DNA of 64,000 nt, from contig CACYHC010000003.1 of NCBI GenBank assembly GCA_902774145.1, positions 16,254-80,253 of the forward strand, read 5' to 3'. The translations under genes and the position numbers were made by a program. Numbering within the stretch: position 1 is the stretch's first letter; the number at the start of each line of letters is the position of its first letter. This DNA is from an uncultured Bacteroidia bacterium. GTDB taxonomy: Bacteria > Bacteroidota > Bacteroidia > Bacteroidales > UBA932. The notes under the pieces were generated by a model. It did not search any database. It was not told the origin of the DNA and worked only from the letters and a program-made list of their open reading frames with translations. This document shows positions 8,530 through 17,256 of the stretch, piece after piece.

Positions 8530-9527
8530 CGCACAAAGAGTTTTCGGTCCGAACGGCGGCTGCCAATGAGCATCTCCACGATGAAGAGCAGCAGCGCTGC
8601 GGCCAGGAAATACATATATTGTTCGTCGTACTCCTCAAAGACGACGGAACTGTACTTTTCGTCCTCCAGGCGGCGCAGATCGCTGATGATGGGGTTCAGG
8701 CCAAACTCCTCGTTCCCCGCGTGGATGTACGCGCCGCCGCCCGCCTGGGCAATCTGCCGGAGCGTCGTATCGTCGAGGCGCGTCACGACGATGTTCCCAT
8801 CCTTGTCCTTGAGCAGCGCACCGTCCTTGGGAATGGTCTGCCCTTCCGCGGAGCCCACGCCGATCGTATAGACCTTGATGCCGAATTCGGCGGCCTGGCG
8901 CGCGGCGTCGGCGCCCTTGCCCTCGTGGTCCTCGCCGTCGGTAATCACCACAATCGCGCGACTCTTCTCGCTTTGCGAACTGAAGCTCTTGACCGCCAGG
9001 CGGATCGCGTCACCGATATCCGTTCCCTGCACGGGCACGGACTCCGTATCGATCGACGAAAGGAACATTTTCGCGGAGACGTAATCCGTCGTAATCGGCA
9101 ACTGCACAAAGGAGGTTCCGGCAAAGACGATCAGGCCGATCCGGTCGCCCTCCAGCTTGTCCACCATCCGCGAAATCGCCAGTTTGGCGCGTTCCAGACG
9201 GCATGGGGTATAGTCGCGGGCCAGCATCGAATTGGACACGTCCAGGCAAATCATGATTTCCGCGCCGCGGGTCTCCCGTTCGGAGAGTTTCGCGCCGATT
9301 TGCGGACGCGCCAGCCCCAGCACGAAGAAGAAAAACGCCAGCGAAAAGAGCACCACCCGCACCCAGCCCTTGGCGGAAGACCAGTGGGGCATCAGTTCCC
9401 GCACGAGCGCCTCGTCGCCCAGGCGGCGAAGCCTTCTTTTCCGCAGGATGCGCAGCACCCCGTACAGTACCGGGAAAAGCGGCACCAACAGCAGCAGATA
9501 CAGATATTGTGCGTGAGCGAATAACAT
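8526..9527 (-). CDS. batB: BatB VWA-domain protein
   Basis: ICLDVSNSM MIDAS, RIGLIVFAG, VVITDGEDHEG; N- and C-terminal TM helices; bat operon order. Confidence 0.9.
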   Translation of the reverse strand: MLFAHAQYLYLLLLVPLFPVLYGVLRILRKRRLRRLGDEALVRELMPHWSSAKGWVRVVLFSLAFFFFVLGLARPQIGAKLSERETRGAEIMICLDVSNSMLARDYTPCRLERAKLAISRMVDKLEGDRIGLIVFAGTSFVQLPITTDYVSAKMFLSSIDTESVPVQGTDIGDAIRLAVKSFSSQSEKSRAIVVITDGEDHEGKGADAARQAAEFGIKVYTIGVGSAEGQTIPKDGALLKDKDGNIVVTRLDDTTLRQIAQAGGGAYIHAGNEEFGLNPIISDLRRLEDEKYSSVVFEEYDEQYMYFLAAALLLFIVEMLIGSRRSDRKLFVR

Positions 9528-9529
9528 AG

Positions 9530-10513
9530 TTACGGGAGTCTTCTGATCAGGAAACGCAGCAGGACTTCAAGCAGCAGGCAGAGCAGCGCCGCCAGGGCAT
9601 AGCCCTCGAAGAGTTCCTTGTACACGGGGAAACTGTCCACGGTAGTGCGCGCCTTTTCCATCTTGTTGATTTCCGTATAGATTTCGGAAAGTTTGGTATT
9701 GTCCGTCGCGCGGAAGTAGCGGCCGCCGGTCTGGTCGGCGATACTGCGCAGCAGCGGCTCGTCGATTTCCACCTGCATATCCTGCAATTCCACGCCCCAG
9801 GGGGTCTGGACGGGGTACGGCGCCGTGCCGTTCGCCCCCACGCCGATGGTGTAGACGCGCACGCCGTAGGTCGCGGCAATCTCCGCCGCCGTCTCCGGAC
9901 TGATTTCGCCGCGGTTGTTCACGCCGTCGGTGAGCAGGATGACCACGCGGCTCTTGGCGTCGGAATCCATCATCCGCGCCACCGCCGTGGAAAGGCCGTT
10001 GCCAATCGCGGTCCCGTCCTCGATGAGGTCCGTCTGCACCTCCTTCATCAGGTTGATGAGCGTCGCGCGGTCCGTGGTCAGCGGGCACTGCGTATAACTC
10101 TCGCCGGCAAAAACCACGATACCCATACGGTCCGACGGCCGCTGGCTGATGAATTCGATGGCGATGTCCTTGGCCGCGCTGATGCGGTCCGGCTTGAAGT
10201 CGCGCGCCAGCATACTGGTGGAAACATCCATCGTCAGTACGATGTCAATTCCCTCGGTATCAATCTTTTCCACCTCGGTCGAAGAGCGCGGGCGGGCAAT
10301 CGCGATGATAATCAGGCATAGGGCCGCCGTCCGCAGCACGAAGGGCAGGTGCACCAGCAGCGCGAGGGGGCTGCGGCCGGCGGCCATCCACGGCGCCGCG
10401 GTGGACACCCGCATCCGGGGATTGCGCTGCCGCAGTTCCAGGTACAGATAATGCGCGACGAGCAGCAGCGGAAGGGCCAGAAGCCACAAGAGGCGGGGAT
10501 ACTCGAAATACAT
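9530..10513 (-). CDS. batA: BatA VWA-domain protein
   Basis: DIVLTMDVSTSM, GTAIGNGL, VILLTDGVNNRG, GGRYFRATDN. Confidence 0.9.
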   Translation of the reverse strand: MYFEYPRLLWLLALPLLLVAHYLYLELRQRNPRMRVSTAAPWMAAGRSPLALLVHLPFVLRTAALCLIIIAIARPRSSTEVEKIDTEGIDIVLTMDVSTSMLARDFKPDRISAAKDIAIEFISQRPSDRMGIVVFAGESYTQCPLTTDRATLINLMKEVQTDLIEDGTAIGNGLSTAVARMMDSDAKSRVVILLTDGVNNRGEISPETAAEIAATYGVRVYTIGVGANGTAPYPVQTPWGVELQDMQVEIDEPLLRSIADQTGGRYFRATDNTKLSEIYTEINKMEKARTTVDSFPVYKELFEGYALAALLCLLLEVLLRFLIRRLP

Positions 10514-11475
10514 TACTTCTCCTCCCCAGTCGTTTGCGCCTGCGCCTCGGCCTCGCTCTCGTGGGTATCCACGACAAAGCGGACCGCCAGCGGCACGGCA
10601 TCGGCATTCTCCTTGTCAGAAGCCGCGTGCTTGGCAAATTTCACAAAATCCGCGGTCTCGAAGAGTTCCTTCAGGGCCTGGTACATCTCCGGGGTGATGT
10701 CTTTCTCCCCCTTCAGGGCCGAGAAGAGTTCCGCGGTAGTCATCTCCGGCGCATCCACCCCGAAACGCTCTTCCATATAGGCCTTCAGGGCATCGGTGAT
10801 GCCGGAATAGAAAGTTTTCTGCTTTTCGGGGGCCCAGTACTTGTCGCCCCGGTATTTCTCGAGTTCGCGCAGCGCGACGATATAGGCGGGATCCCGGCGG
10901 GCGTTCTTCCCACCCTTTTCCGCGGCCTTCTTCCGGGCATACCAGATTCCCAGGGCCAGCAGGGCGGCAAAAGCCAGGACACCGGCCGCCCAGGGCGCCA
11001 CCTCGCCGAAGGTCAGCGGATAGCGGATCTGCCCTTTGAGGTCGTGGGGCTTGAAGGTGGCCGTATCGATGGGAATCGTCTTCACTTCCATCTCCAGGCC
11101 CTTGAAAATGAGCGTATCCACCGCGGCGCCTTTCTTGCGCAGGACGGGGATGTCCGGAAGCACATATTTGCCCTCCTCGAAGGGGGCGAGCACGATACTG
11201 GCCTCCAGCGAAAACAGGTCTTTGGCCTTTTTGTGCCCCTTGAGCCAGGTGGTATCCAGCTGCCAGGTGCGCACCAGCGTGAGCGTGTCGTTGGACGCCG
11301 CGCTGAAATCCGGCAGGCCGACAAAGGTCCCGGCCTGCACGCTGTCCAGCCGGAACCCGTAGGCGAGCTGGTCCGCGACGAGAATGGAATCCCGCTGCTG
11401 CAGCGGCCGCAGGAAGGCATCGCCGGCAGGAAGCAGGTTCAGCAGGGCGGAAAGTATCAGAACGGTCGTATTCAT
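10513..11475 (-). CDS. Bat-operon membrane-anchored hypothetical protein
   Basis: Signal peptide, Ig-like part, TM (WAAGVLAFAALLALGIWY), PAYIVALRELE...FYSGITDALKAY...ADFVKFAK; sits between DUF58 and batA. Confidence 0.7.
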   Translation of the reverse strand: MNTTVLILSALLNLLPAGDAFLRPLQQRDSILVADQLAYGFRLDSVQAGTFVGLPDFSAASNDTLTLVRTWQLDTTWLKGHKKAKDLFSLEASIVLAPFEEGKYVLPDIPVLRKKGAAVDTLIFKGLEMEVKTIPIDTATFKPHDLKGQIRYPLTFGEVAPWAAGVLAFAALLALGIWYARKKAAEKGGKNARRDPAYIVALRELEKYRGDKYWAPEKQKTFYSGITDALKAYMEERFGVDAPEMTTAELFSALKGEKDITPEMYQALKELFETADFVKFAKHAASDKENADAVPLAVRFVVDTHESEAEAQAQTTGEEK

Positions 11476-12368
11476 CTTCCGTGGAACAGGGCCATCAGCC
11501 CCTTGACATAATCATCGCCGGTGGCGATGGAAACGTGATCGACTTTATAGCGGTTGAAAAGCTGGCGTTCGCGCTCGGCGAGACCGCCGAACCACTGCGC
11601 ATAGGCGTCGCGGGTGCGGCGGGCATCGGTATTCACCCAGGCGCTGCGGCCGCTTTCGGCATCCTTGACCTTGATGAGGCCCACGGCGGGCAGGCGGCGC
11701 TCCAGCGGGTCGTATACCTCGATGACGGAAAGGTCGTGGCGCGAAGCCGCCACCTTCAGCGCATCCTCGTAGCGGGGACGGCCCTGGGCATCGGCGTCCA
11801 GCATATCCGAGAGCAGGAACGCGGTGCATTTTTTCTTGATGGCGCCGCTCAGGAAACGCAGGGCCGCGCCGATATCGGTACCGTCCGAAACGGGCTGCAA
11901 CTCAATCAGTTCGCGGATGATATGCAGCAGGTGGCTGCGTCCCTTCCCGGGCGGGATGAACTTCTCCACGCGGTCGCTGAAGAAGAGGGCACCCACCTTG
12001 TCGTTGTTGAGGCTGGCGCTGAACGAGAGCACCGCGGCGATTTCCGCCACCAGGTCCCGTTTCGTGCGGGTATCCGTGCCGAAGAGGCCCGAACGGCTCA
12101 CGTCCACGAGCAGCACCACCGTCAGTTCGCGCTCCTCTTCGAACACCTTCACATAGGGAGCGCGCAGACGCGCCGTGACATTCCAGTCCATATTGCGCAC
12201 ATCGTCGCCCCAGCGGTACTCGCGCACCTCGCTGAAGGCCATTCCGCGCCCCTTGAACGCAGAATGGTACTCCCCCGCGAAAATCTGGCGTGAGAGCGCC
12301 TTGGTCTTGATTTCGACCTTGCGGACCTTGCGCAGAAGGTCGGATGTACTACGGAACGACGACGGCAT
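11472..12368 (-). CDS. DUF58 family protein (MoxR-associated)
   Basis: YHSAFKGRGMAFSEVREY.WGDDVRNMDWNVTAR, VKVFEEEREL. Start placed at the nearest in-frame ATG (12368), inside the moxR 3' end; the ORF track extends it to 12473. Confidence 0.85.
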   Translation of the reverse strand: MPSSFRSTSDLLRKVRKVEIKTKALSRQIFAGEYHSAFKGRGMAFSEVREYRWGDDVRNMDWNVTARLRAPYVKVFEEERELTVVLLVDVSRSGLFGTDTRTKRDLVAEIAAVLSFSASLNNDKVGALFFSDRVEKFIPPGKGRSHLLHIIRELIELQPVSDGTDIGAALRFLSGAIKKKCTAFLLSDMLDADAQGRPRYEDALKVAASRHDLSVIEVYDPLERRLPAVGLIKVKDAESGRSAWVNTDARRTRDAYAQWFGGLAERERQLFNRYKVDHVSIATGDDYVKGLMALFHGR

Positions 12369-13341
12369 TGATGACCTTCTCAATAATCTCTTCGCTGGTG
12401 ACATTCTCGGCTTCCGCCTCGTAGGTGAGGCCGATGCGGTGACGCAGCACCTCGGGACAGACCGCACGCACATCCTCGGGAATCACATAGCCGCGGCGCT
12501 TGATGAAGGCATAGGCCTTGGCCGCAAGCGACAGGCTGATGCTCGCACGCGGGGAGGCGCCGTAGGAAATCAGCCCGGCGATGTCCTGCAGGCCGTAGTC
12601 CGCCGGGGTACGGGTGGCGAACACGATGTCCACGATATAGCGCTCGATTTTCTCATCCATATACACCTCGCGCACCAGCGAGCGGGCCCGGACGATGTCC
12701 TCGGGCTGCACCACGGGGCTGGGCTGCGGGAACTCGCCGGCGTTGTTGAGACGCACGATGAGGCGCTCCTCCTCCTTGCCGGGATAATCCACCTTCACCT
12801 TGAGCATGAAACGGTCCACCTGTGCCTCGGGCAGCGGGTAGGTTCCCTCCTGCTCCACGGGGTTCTGCGTCGCCATCACCAGGAACGGCTCCGGCAACTT
12901 ATAGGTGGAATCCCCGAGCGTCACCTGGCGCTCCTGCATCGCTTCCAGCAGGGCGGACTGCACCTTCGCCGGGGCGCGGTTGATTTCATCGGCGAGCACG
13001 AAGTTCGCGAAAACCGGGCCCTTGTGGACCTCGAACGCCTCTTTCTTCTGCGAATAAATGAGGGTACCGGTCACATCGGCGGGCAGCAGGTCCGGGGTGA
13101 ACTGGATACGGCTGAATTTGGCATTGACCGCCTTGGAGAGGGTGCTGATGGCGAGCGTCTTGGCCAGACCCGGCATACCTTCCAGCAGGATGTGGCCGTT
13201 GGAGAGCAGCGCGATCATCAGGTTTTCCACGAGGTGCTTCTGCCCCACGATCACCTTGCCCATCTCCAGGGCGAGCATATCGGTGAAGGCGCTTTCCTTC
13301 TGGATACGCTCGTTGAGTTCTTTGATGTTTACGTTTTCCAT
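12349..13341 (-). CDS. moxR: MoxR family AAA+ ATPase
   Basis: EGMPGLAKT, RIQFTPDLLPAD, LADEINRAPAKVQSALLEAM, ATQNPVEQEGTYPLPEAQVDRF. Confidence 0.92.
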   Translation of the reverse strand: MENVNIKELNERIQKESAFTDMLALEMGKVIVGQKHLVENLMIALLSNGHILLEGMPGLAKTLAISTLSKAVNAKFSRIQFTPDLLPADVTGTLIYSQKKEAFEVHKGPVFANFVLADEINRAPAKVQSALLEAMQERQVTLGDSTYKLPEPFLVMATQNPVEQEGTYPLPEAQVDRFMLKVKVDYPGKEEERLIVRLNNAGEFPQPSPVVQPEDIVRARSLVREVYMDEKIERYIVDIVFATRTPADYGLQDIAGLISYGASPRASISLSLAAKAYAFIKRRGYVIPEDVRAVCPEVLRHRIGLTYEAEAENVTSEEIIEKVINAVVVP

Positions 13342-13349
13342 ATTTGTTT

Positions 13350-13357
13350 TAACTTTG
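13350..13357 (+). promoter_or_regulatory. -7 promoter element for truA (near-leaderless)
   Basis: TAACTTTG 7 nt before the truA ATG; no clear -33 element. Confidence 0.5.
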
Positions 13358-13364
13358 CATCACT

Positions 13365-14150
13365 ATGCGGTACAAGATGACTTTGAGTTACGACGGTGCA
13401 CCTTTCTTCGGCTGGCAGCGTCAAAGCGACGCACCGAGCGTCCAGCAGTGCCTGGAAGAAGCGCTTTCGACGCTTCTGCGCGAGCGCGTGGACGTTACCG
13501 GGGCCGGCAGGACCGATACCGGAGTGAACGCCAGCGCCTACACGGCACATTTCGACGCCTCGAATCCTCTTGATACCATACAAATTTGCTACAAATTAAA
13601 TGCCATTTTGCCTCCGGCCGTCAAGGTTCATTCCATCGAGCGGACGGCGGACGATTTTCACGCGCGCTTTGACGCTACAGAACGCGAATATACCTATTTT
13701 TTGCATCGCGTCAAAGACCCGTTCATCGCCGGCCGGAGTTATCTCTGCGGCTATCCCGTGCTGGATTTCGAAGCGATGAACTGTGCGGCGCACGCCCTGC
13801 TGGGCACGCACGATTTCGCCTGCTTCGCCAAGACCGGCTCCGACGTCAAGACCACCGTCTGCACCCTGCGCGAGGCCTGCTGGTATCCTTACGAACCGGA
13901 CCACGTGCGCCTGGGCGGTTATCCCGCTGGCATGGACGGTGCGGGGCAGGAGGGCTATTATTATTTCCGCATCCGCGGCGACCGCTTCTTGCGCAATATG
14001 GTCCGCGCGATTGTAGGGACGCTCATCGAGGTCGGCCGCGGCAAACGCAGCGCCGGTTCGATGGCCGCACTGCTGGAGAGCGGCGACCGCTGCTCCGCCG
14101 GCGAGTCCGTCCCCGGGCACGCCCTCTTCCTCACCGGCATCAAGTATTAA
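13365..14150 (+). CDS. truA: tRNA pseudouridine(38-40) synthase TruA
   Basis: YDGAPFFGWQRQ, GAGRTDTGVNA, FHARFDA, FLRNMVRAIVGTL. Confidence 0.92.
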   Translation: MRYKMTLSYDGAPFFGWQRQSDAPSVQQCLEEALSTLLRERVDVTGAGRTDTGVNASAYTAHFDASNPLDTIQICYKLNAILPPAVKVHSIERTADDFHARFDATEREYTYFLHRVKDPFIAGRSYLCGYPVLDFEAMNCAAHALLGTHDFACFAKTGSDVKTTVCTLREACWYPYEPDHVRLGGYPAGMDGAGQEGYYYFRIRGDRFLRNMVRAIVGTLIEVGRGKRSAGSMAALLESGDRCSAGESVPGHALFLTGIKY

Positions 14151-14749
14151 CGGTAAAAAAGCACGCCGAAGTACACCCGCGGCCCGACGGGCATCTGCAA
14201 GTCCCGTCCGAAGCCGCAGAGGCAATCGACCTTCAGGGTCAGGTGAATGGCTTTCGTCAGAATGAAATCACAGCCCACGAACGGGTCCACGGCCATAAAG
14301 CCCTGCTTGCGGTAGCGCGTCCCGTCGATGGGGGCCCACGCTTCGGAGGGCGTCTCCGTCATCAGCACCGCCGTCATCGCTCCGCCGCCGAGCGTCACCC
14401 CGCCGTAGGGCTGGAAACGGCCGAATACGCCATAGACATCCGCGAGAATCCCGCCCCAGCCATAGCGGAGATAACTGCCGTTTCCACGCAGGTTCATCGT
14501 CGAGACATACCCTTCCCCGCCGATGCGGAAGCATTTTCCGAGATGCAGGCGCGCCACGCCGCCCAGCCCGAACGGACATCCGCTCACCGGCGCCTCGCCC
14601 GGGACCAGCGTCCCGCCGAGGTACCCTGCATGCAGCATCATCCCGCCGTCAAAGCCCCGCAGGACCTTTTCTTTGGGTTGCGCCCACACCCCCGCCGACG
14701 CCAGCAGGCCCAGCGCCAGGACAAGGGTTTTTAGACTTTGGCATTTCAT
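14147..14749 (-). CDS. Hypothetical exported protein, probable small outer-membrane beta-barrel
   Basis: Signal peptide from ATG 14749 (MKCQSLKTLVLALGLLASAGVWA), Gly-rich amphipathic strands, aromatic C-terminus VYFGVLFYR; its stop overlaps the truA stop. Confidence 0.7.
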   Translation of the reverse strand: MKCQSLKTLVLALGLLASAGVWAQPKEKVLRGFDGGMMLHAGYLGGTLVPGEAPVSGCPFGLGGVARLHLGKCFRIGGEGYVSTMNLRGNGSYLRYGWGGILADVYGVFGRFQPYGGVTLGGGAMTAVLMTETPSEAWAPIDGTRYRKQGFMAVDPFVGCDFILTKAIHLTLKVDCLCGFGRDLQMPVGPRVYFGVLFYR

Positions 14750-14778
14750 CGCGGTCCGGTCCTTTTCAATTTCCGCGG

Positions 14779-14786
14779 CAAATATA
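14779..14786 (-). promoter_or_regulatory. -7 element for the beta-barrel gene
   Basis: Minus strand TATATTTG ~30 nt before ATG 14749; palindrome TTTTTGCAAAAA at 14791-14802 just upstream. Confidence 0.5.
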
Positions 14787-14801
14787 TCAATTTTTGCAAA
14801 A

Positions 14802-14902
14802 AGGGCCCTGCGTTTCTTCAAAATCGCCGAAATTCTTAAAAGGCAGGGACCTCGGGGCCCTGGCTTTCTCCTATAAGCCTGAAAAATCAAAAATGGCGGA
14901 CC
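14802..14902. repeat. Decayed doublet of ~50-bp palindromic units
   Basis: AGGGCCCTG(14802-14810)...CAGGGACCT(14844-14852), then GGGCCC(14855)...CGGACC(14902); period 52. Loop words CAAAATCG and TCAAAAATGGC are shared with the 15404-15506 units. Confidence 0.55.
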
Positions 14903-15059
14903 TTTTCCACGAGCGCAGGCGGCCGCGAGGGATAATGTCTATTTTGAAAGTTTGCCCCAAGACTACGTGGCGGAATTACTTCTTAAAGCGAGGGCCTCGC
15001 GGGCGGGGACTTTTGCGCGACTCGATTACCCATCCGTATCACGGTTTATCATCTCACCG

Positions 15060-15091
15060 CAAAGGTAAGCATTATGATCTGAATCACCAAA
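15060..15091 (-). promoter_or_regulatory. Canonical Bacteroidota promoter with no substantial ORF downstream
   Basis: Minus strand TTTG (15091-15088), 20-nt spacer, TACCTTTG (15067-15060). Confidence 0.65.
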
Positions 15092-15267
15092 TATCATAGT
15101 GTTGCCCAACTCGTTAGCAGAGTATGCCTGAGGCGGAAAGCAATGTCGCGCTGCATCGGCACCACCGCCTCGCAAATACGCGGCTCGGCGGTTACAGGAC
15201 GGGCGCTGCGCCGGGCTCGATGGAGCGGCCCGCTCCGCGCCCGCCTGTTGCCAGCTGCTAATCCGAA

Positions 15268-15506
15268 GGTCCGGCAACCTGGCAAAAATGAGGCAATTTC
15301 TTCGGGGTTGCGGGCCCCCTGGTCCGGCAACCTGCCAAAAAGCGCTATGATATTTAGGGGTTGCCGGACCTGCTCGCCATTTTGCAACAATGATAACCGG
15401 TAAGGTACAGCGGACAGCACGTTTTTGGCTGATTTTGAGAGATCTGCTGTACCCCGGGGACAGCGGATCTGAAGATTTGTGCCATTTTTGACCGATCCGC
15501 TGTCCC
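15268..15506. repeat. Four 50-bp palindromic units in two doublets (REP/BIME-like)
   Basis: Units 15268-15317, 15321-15370, 15404-15453, 15457-15506, each exactly 50 bp, with 3-bp spacers within doublets. Arms are GGTCCGGCAACC/GGTTGCCGGACC and GG(T/G)ACAGCGGA/TC(C/T)GCTGT(A/C)CC; loops contain A5/T5 tracts. Confidence 0.85.
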
Positions 15507-15540
15507 TGGCCGCCGGCCTCTGGGAAATAGCGGGAATCGG

Positions 15541-15670
15541 CGAAGAAAAGCGGGAGCGGGAGACGCCCTGTAGCGGCGTTAAGCCGGAGGGCCGGAAGGG
15601 TTCGGGCGGCGTAGTCGCCCGTGACTCGTGAACGGGACCCACGAAGTGGGAGGGATAGACCCGCAGGACG
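15541..15670. other. GC-rich cluster of short hairpins with C-GNA-G triloops
   Basis: CGGGCGGC-GTA-GTCGCCCG (15603-15621) and CCCAC-GAA-GTGGG (15638-15650). Confidence 0.4.
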
Positions 15671-15691
15671 CGTTAATGGCAAAATAAATAT

Positions 15692-15699
15692 TACATTTG
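15692..15699 (+). promoter_or_regulatory. -7 element for the transglutaminase-like gene (near-leaderless)
   Basis: TACATTTG ending 4 nt before ATG 15704, in an A/T-rich patch. Confidence 0.5.
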
Positions 15700-15703
15700 C
15701 ATT

Positions 15704-17221
15704 ATGTTTACTTATAGAACTTTATTGGCGTCCTCCGTATGCCTGACGGCGATAGCGTGCGGGAAGATGGCAGAACCCGGACAGGAACAGGATTCCCCAT
15801 CGACAAAGATTCCCGTCACCTCCATCCTCCTGGACAAAACGGAATTCGAACTGGTATTGGGAAAGTCCGAGACGCTGTCCGCCACCATATCCCCCGAGGA
15901 CGCCACTGACAAAACCGTCCTGTGGAATTCGTCAGATCCCTTTGTCGCCACGGTGGCAAACGGGAAAGTGACCGGGGTTAACGAAGGAGAAGCGGATATC
16001 ACCGCCAGGGCCGGAGAGATAGAAGCCACCTGCAAGGTGAAGGTCGTCCCGCCCGCCCTGGTGGAAGCGCTTTCCTCGGACGCCGCCATCCTGAACGGGA
16101 CCGGCGGGAAAACCACCGTCACCCTGTCTGCTCCGGCAAACTGGGAAATTACTTCAGATGCCGGGTGGCTTTCCGCATCCCCCTCCTCAGGAAAGGCAGG
16201 TACCCGCAAAATCACCCTTTCTACAGAATCTAATAGCAGTCCCGATAACAGGACGGGGCTCCTTACCTTTTCTTCCGGCAGCAGGAAGCAAGTACTGAAG
16301 ATTATCCAGCGGCCTGATATTTTCACAAAAAAGACGGCGGCGGAAGGGACCATCACCAATGCCATCAAAGTGGACTACAACGGAACGGTCTTTATGAGAA
16401 TCTACACGATTCTTCCCGTTCCGCAAACCAATGCCTATCAAGAAATTTCATCGCTGGAAACGGGGGCGGGAAAAATTGAATCCTGCGCCAACGGAAACCA
16501 GTATATGATTACCGACCTGAATAGTAGTTCCATTCCCGCCTCCGGACAATACGCGGCCTCGGAGTCCTTCCATATAAAGGCGTATGAAGTCACGGCTGCA
16601 CTGGACAGAATCACCGATATCCCCGAATATGACCAGACCTCGGAGGTCTGCAAAAAATACCTGGGGAAGGAATACGGTGACCTTGTGAACCCGGAGCATT
16701 CCGAAATCGTTTCCGTGGCGGGCCAACTCTGGTCAGAGACATCCGGCCAGTTGATCGATTATGCGAGACACTGCTACGAGTGGACGGCGCGGAACATCAG
16801 ATACGGAAATATGAATACCGGTTTGCACACGATTGCAGAACTGATGAAGACCAAAAAGGGAGATTGCGGCAACTTCTGCTCTGTTTTCATTTCCCTGCTA
16901 AGGGCAAAGGGAATCCCAGCCAGGCACATTGTTATGATTTCTCCCCGGGAAAGCGCCTATCACGTCCGGGCTGAATTCTATATCCCCGCCTACGGCTGGA
17001 TTCCGGCGGACCCCACCTTCGAGAACGGCAATCCGGCCGGGGATTACTTCGGCAATTTCACCGGTGCCTATGTCATTATGTCCACGGGAGTCAATTCAAG
17101 TTGTAAAGACGCGAACAATGCACTTTTCAAGGCCGGTCTCCTTCAGTCCTTCTTTTTCTGGTACTGGTACACTTACGCCGGAGACAACTTGAATTTCTCC
17201 CACGTCTTCTCGTCCTTTTAA
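15704..17221 (+). CDS. Lipoprotein with Ig-like Big_2, BACON and transglutaminase-like domains
   Basis: Lipobox LTAIAC; Big_2 (LSATISPEDATDKTVLWNSSDPFVATV); BACON (WEITSDAGWLSASPSSG...NRTGLLTF); triad motifs GDCGNF, YHVRAEFY, GWIPADPT. Confidence 0.85.
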   Translation: MFTYRTLLASSVCLTAIACGKMAEPGQEQDSPSTKIPVTSILLDKTEFELVLGKSETLSATISPEDATDKTVLWNSSDPFVATVANGKVTGVNEGEADITARAGEIEATCKVKVVPPALVEALSSDAAILNGTGGKTTVTLSAPANWEITSDAGWLSASPSSGKAGTRKITLSTESNSSPDNRTGLLTFSSGSRKQVLKIIQRPDIFTKKTAAEGTITNAIKVDYNGTVFMRIYTILPVPQTNAYQEISSLETGAGKIESCANGNQYMITDLNSSSIPASGQYAASESFHIKAYEVTAALDRITDIPEYDQTSEVCKKYLGKEYGDLVNPEHSEIVSVAGQLWSETSGQLIDYARHCYEWTARNIRYGNMNTGLHTIAELMKTKKGDCGNFCSVFISLLRAKGIPARHIVMISPRESAYHVRAEFYIPAYGWIPADPTFENGNPAGDYFGNFTGAYVIMSTGVNSSCKDANNALFKAGLLQSFFFWYWYTYAGDNLNFSHVFSSF

Positions 17222-17256
17222 GGACAATACATTGCCGTAGCCGCGAAGGGAAAGGG

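Noticed and set aside
13565-13625. A/T-rich patch inside truA as an embedded promoter for the divergent bat operon
   Set aside because: Best minus-strand match CAAATTTG misses the consensus and has no properly spaced -33; the patch encodes a conserved KLNAILP motif.
15089-15355. 11-bp inverted repeat AAATATCATAG/CTATGATATTT as an invertible promoter
   Set aside because: Short enough to arise by chance in ~1 kb; the promoter lies mostly outside the pair and no recombinase is nearby.
15268-15506. CRISPR array interpretation of the 50-bp units
   Set aside because: The conserved parts are inverted arms of each unit, not direct repeats with unique spacers; only four units and no cas genes.
15564-15584. 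Resemblance of CGCCCTGTAGCGGCG-TTAAGC to the start of the phage f1 origin (vector contamination)
   Set aside because: Recalled similarity covers only ~20 nt with a gap and does not continue; no other vector sequence is present.
15026-15682. Minus-strand ORFs of 218 and 182 aa across the repeat region
   Set aside because: R/P/A-rich translations of palindromic DNA with no domain signal; the longer one runs through a consensus promoter.
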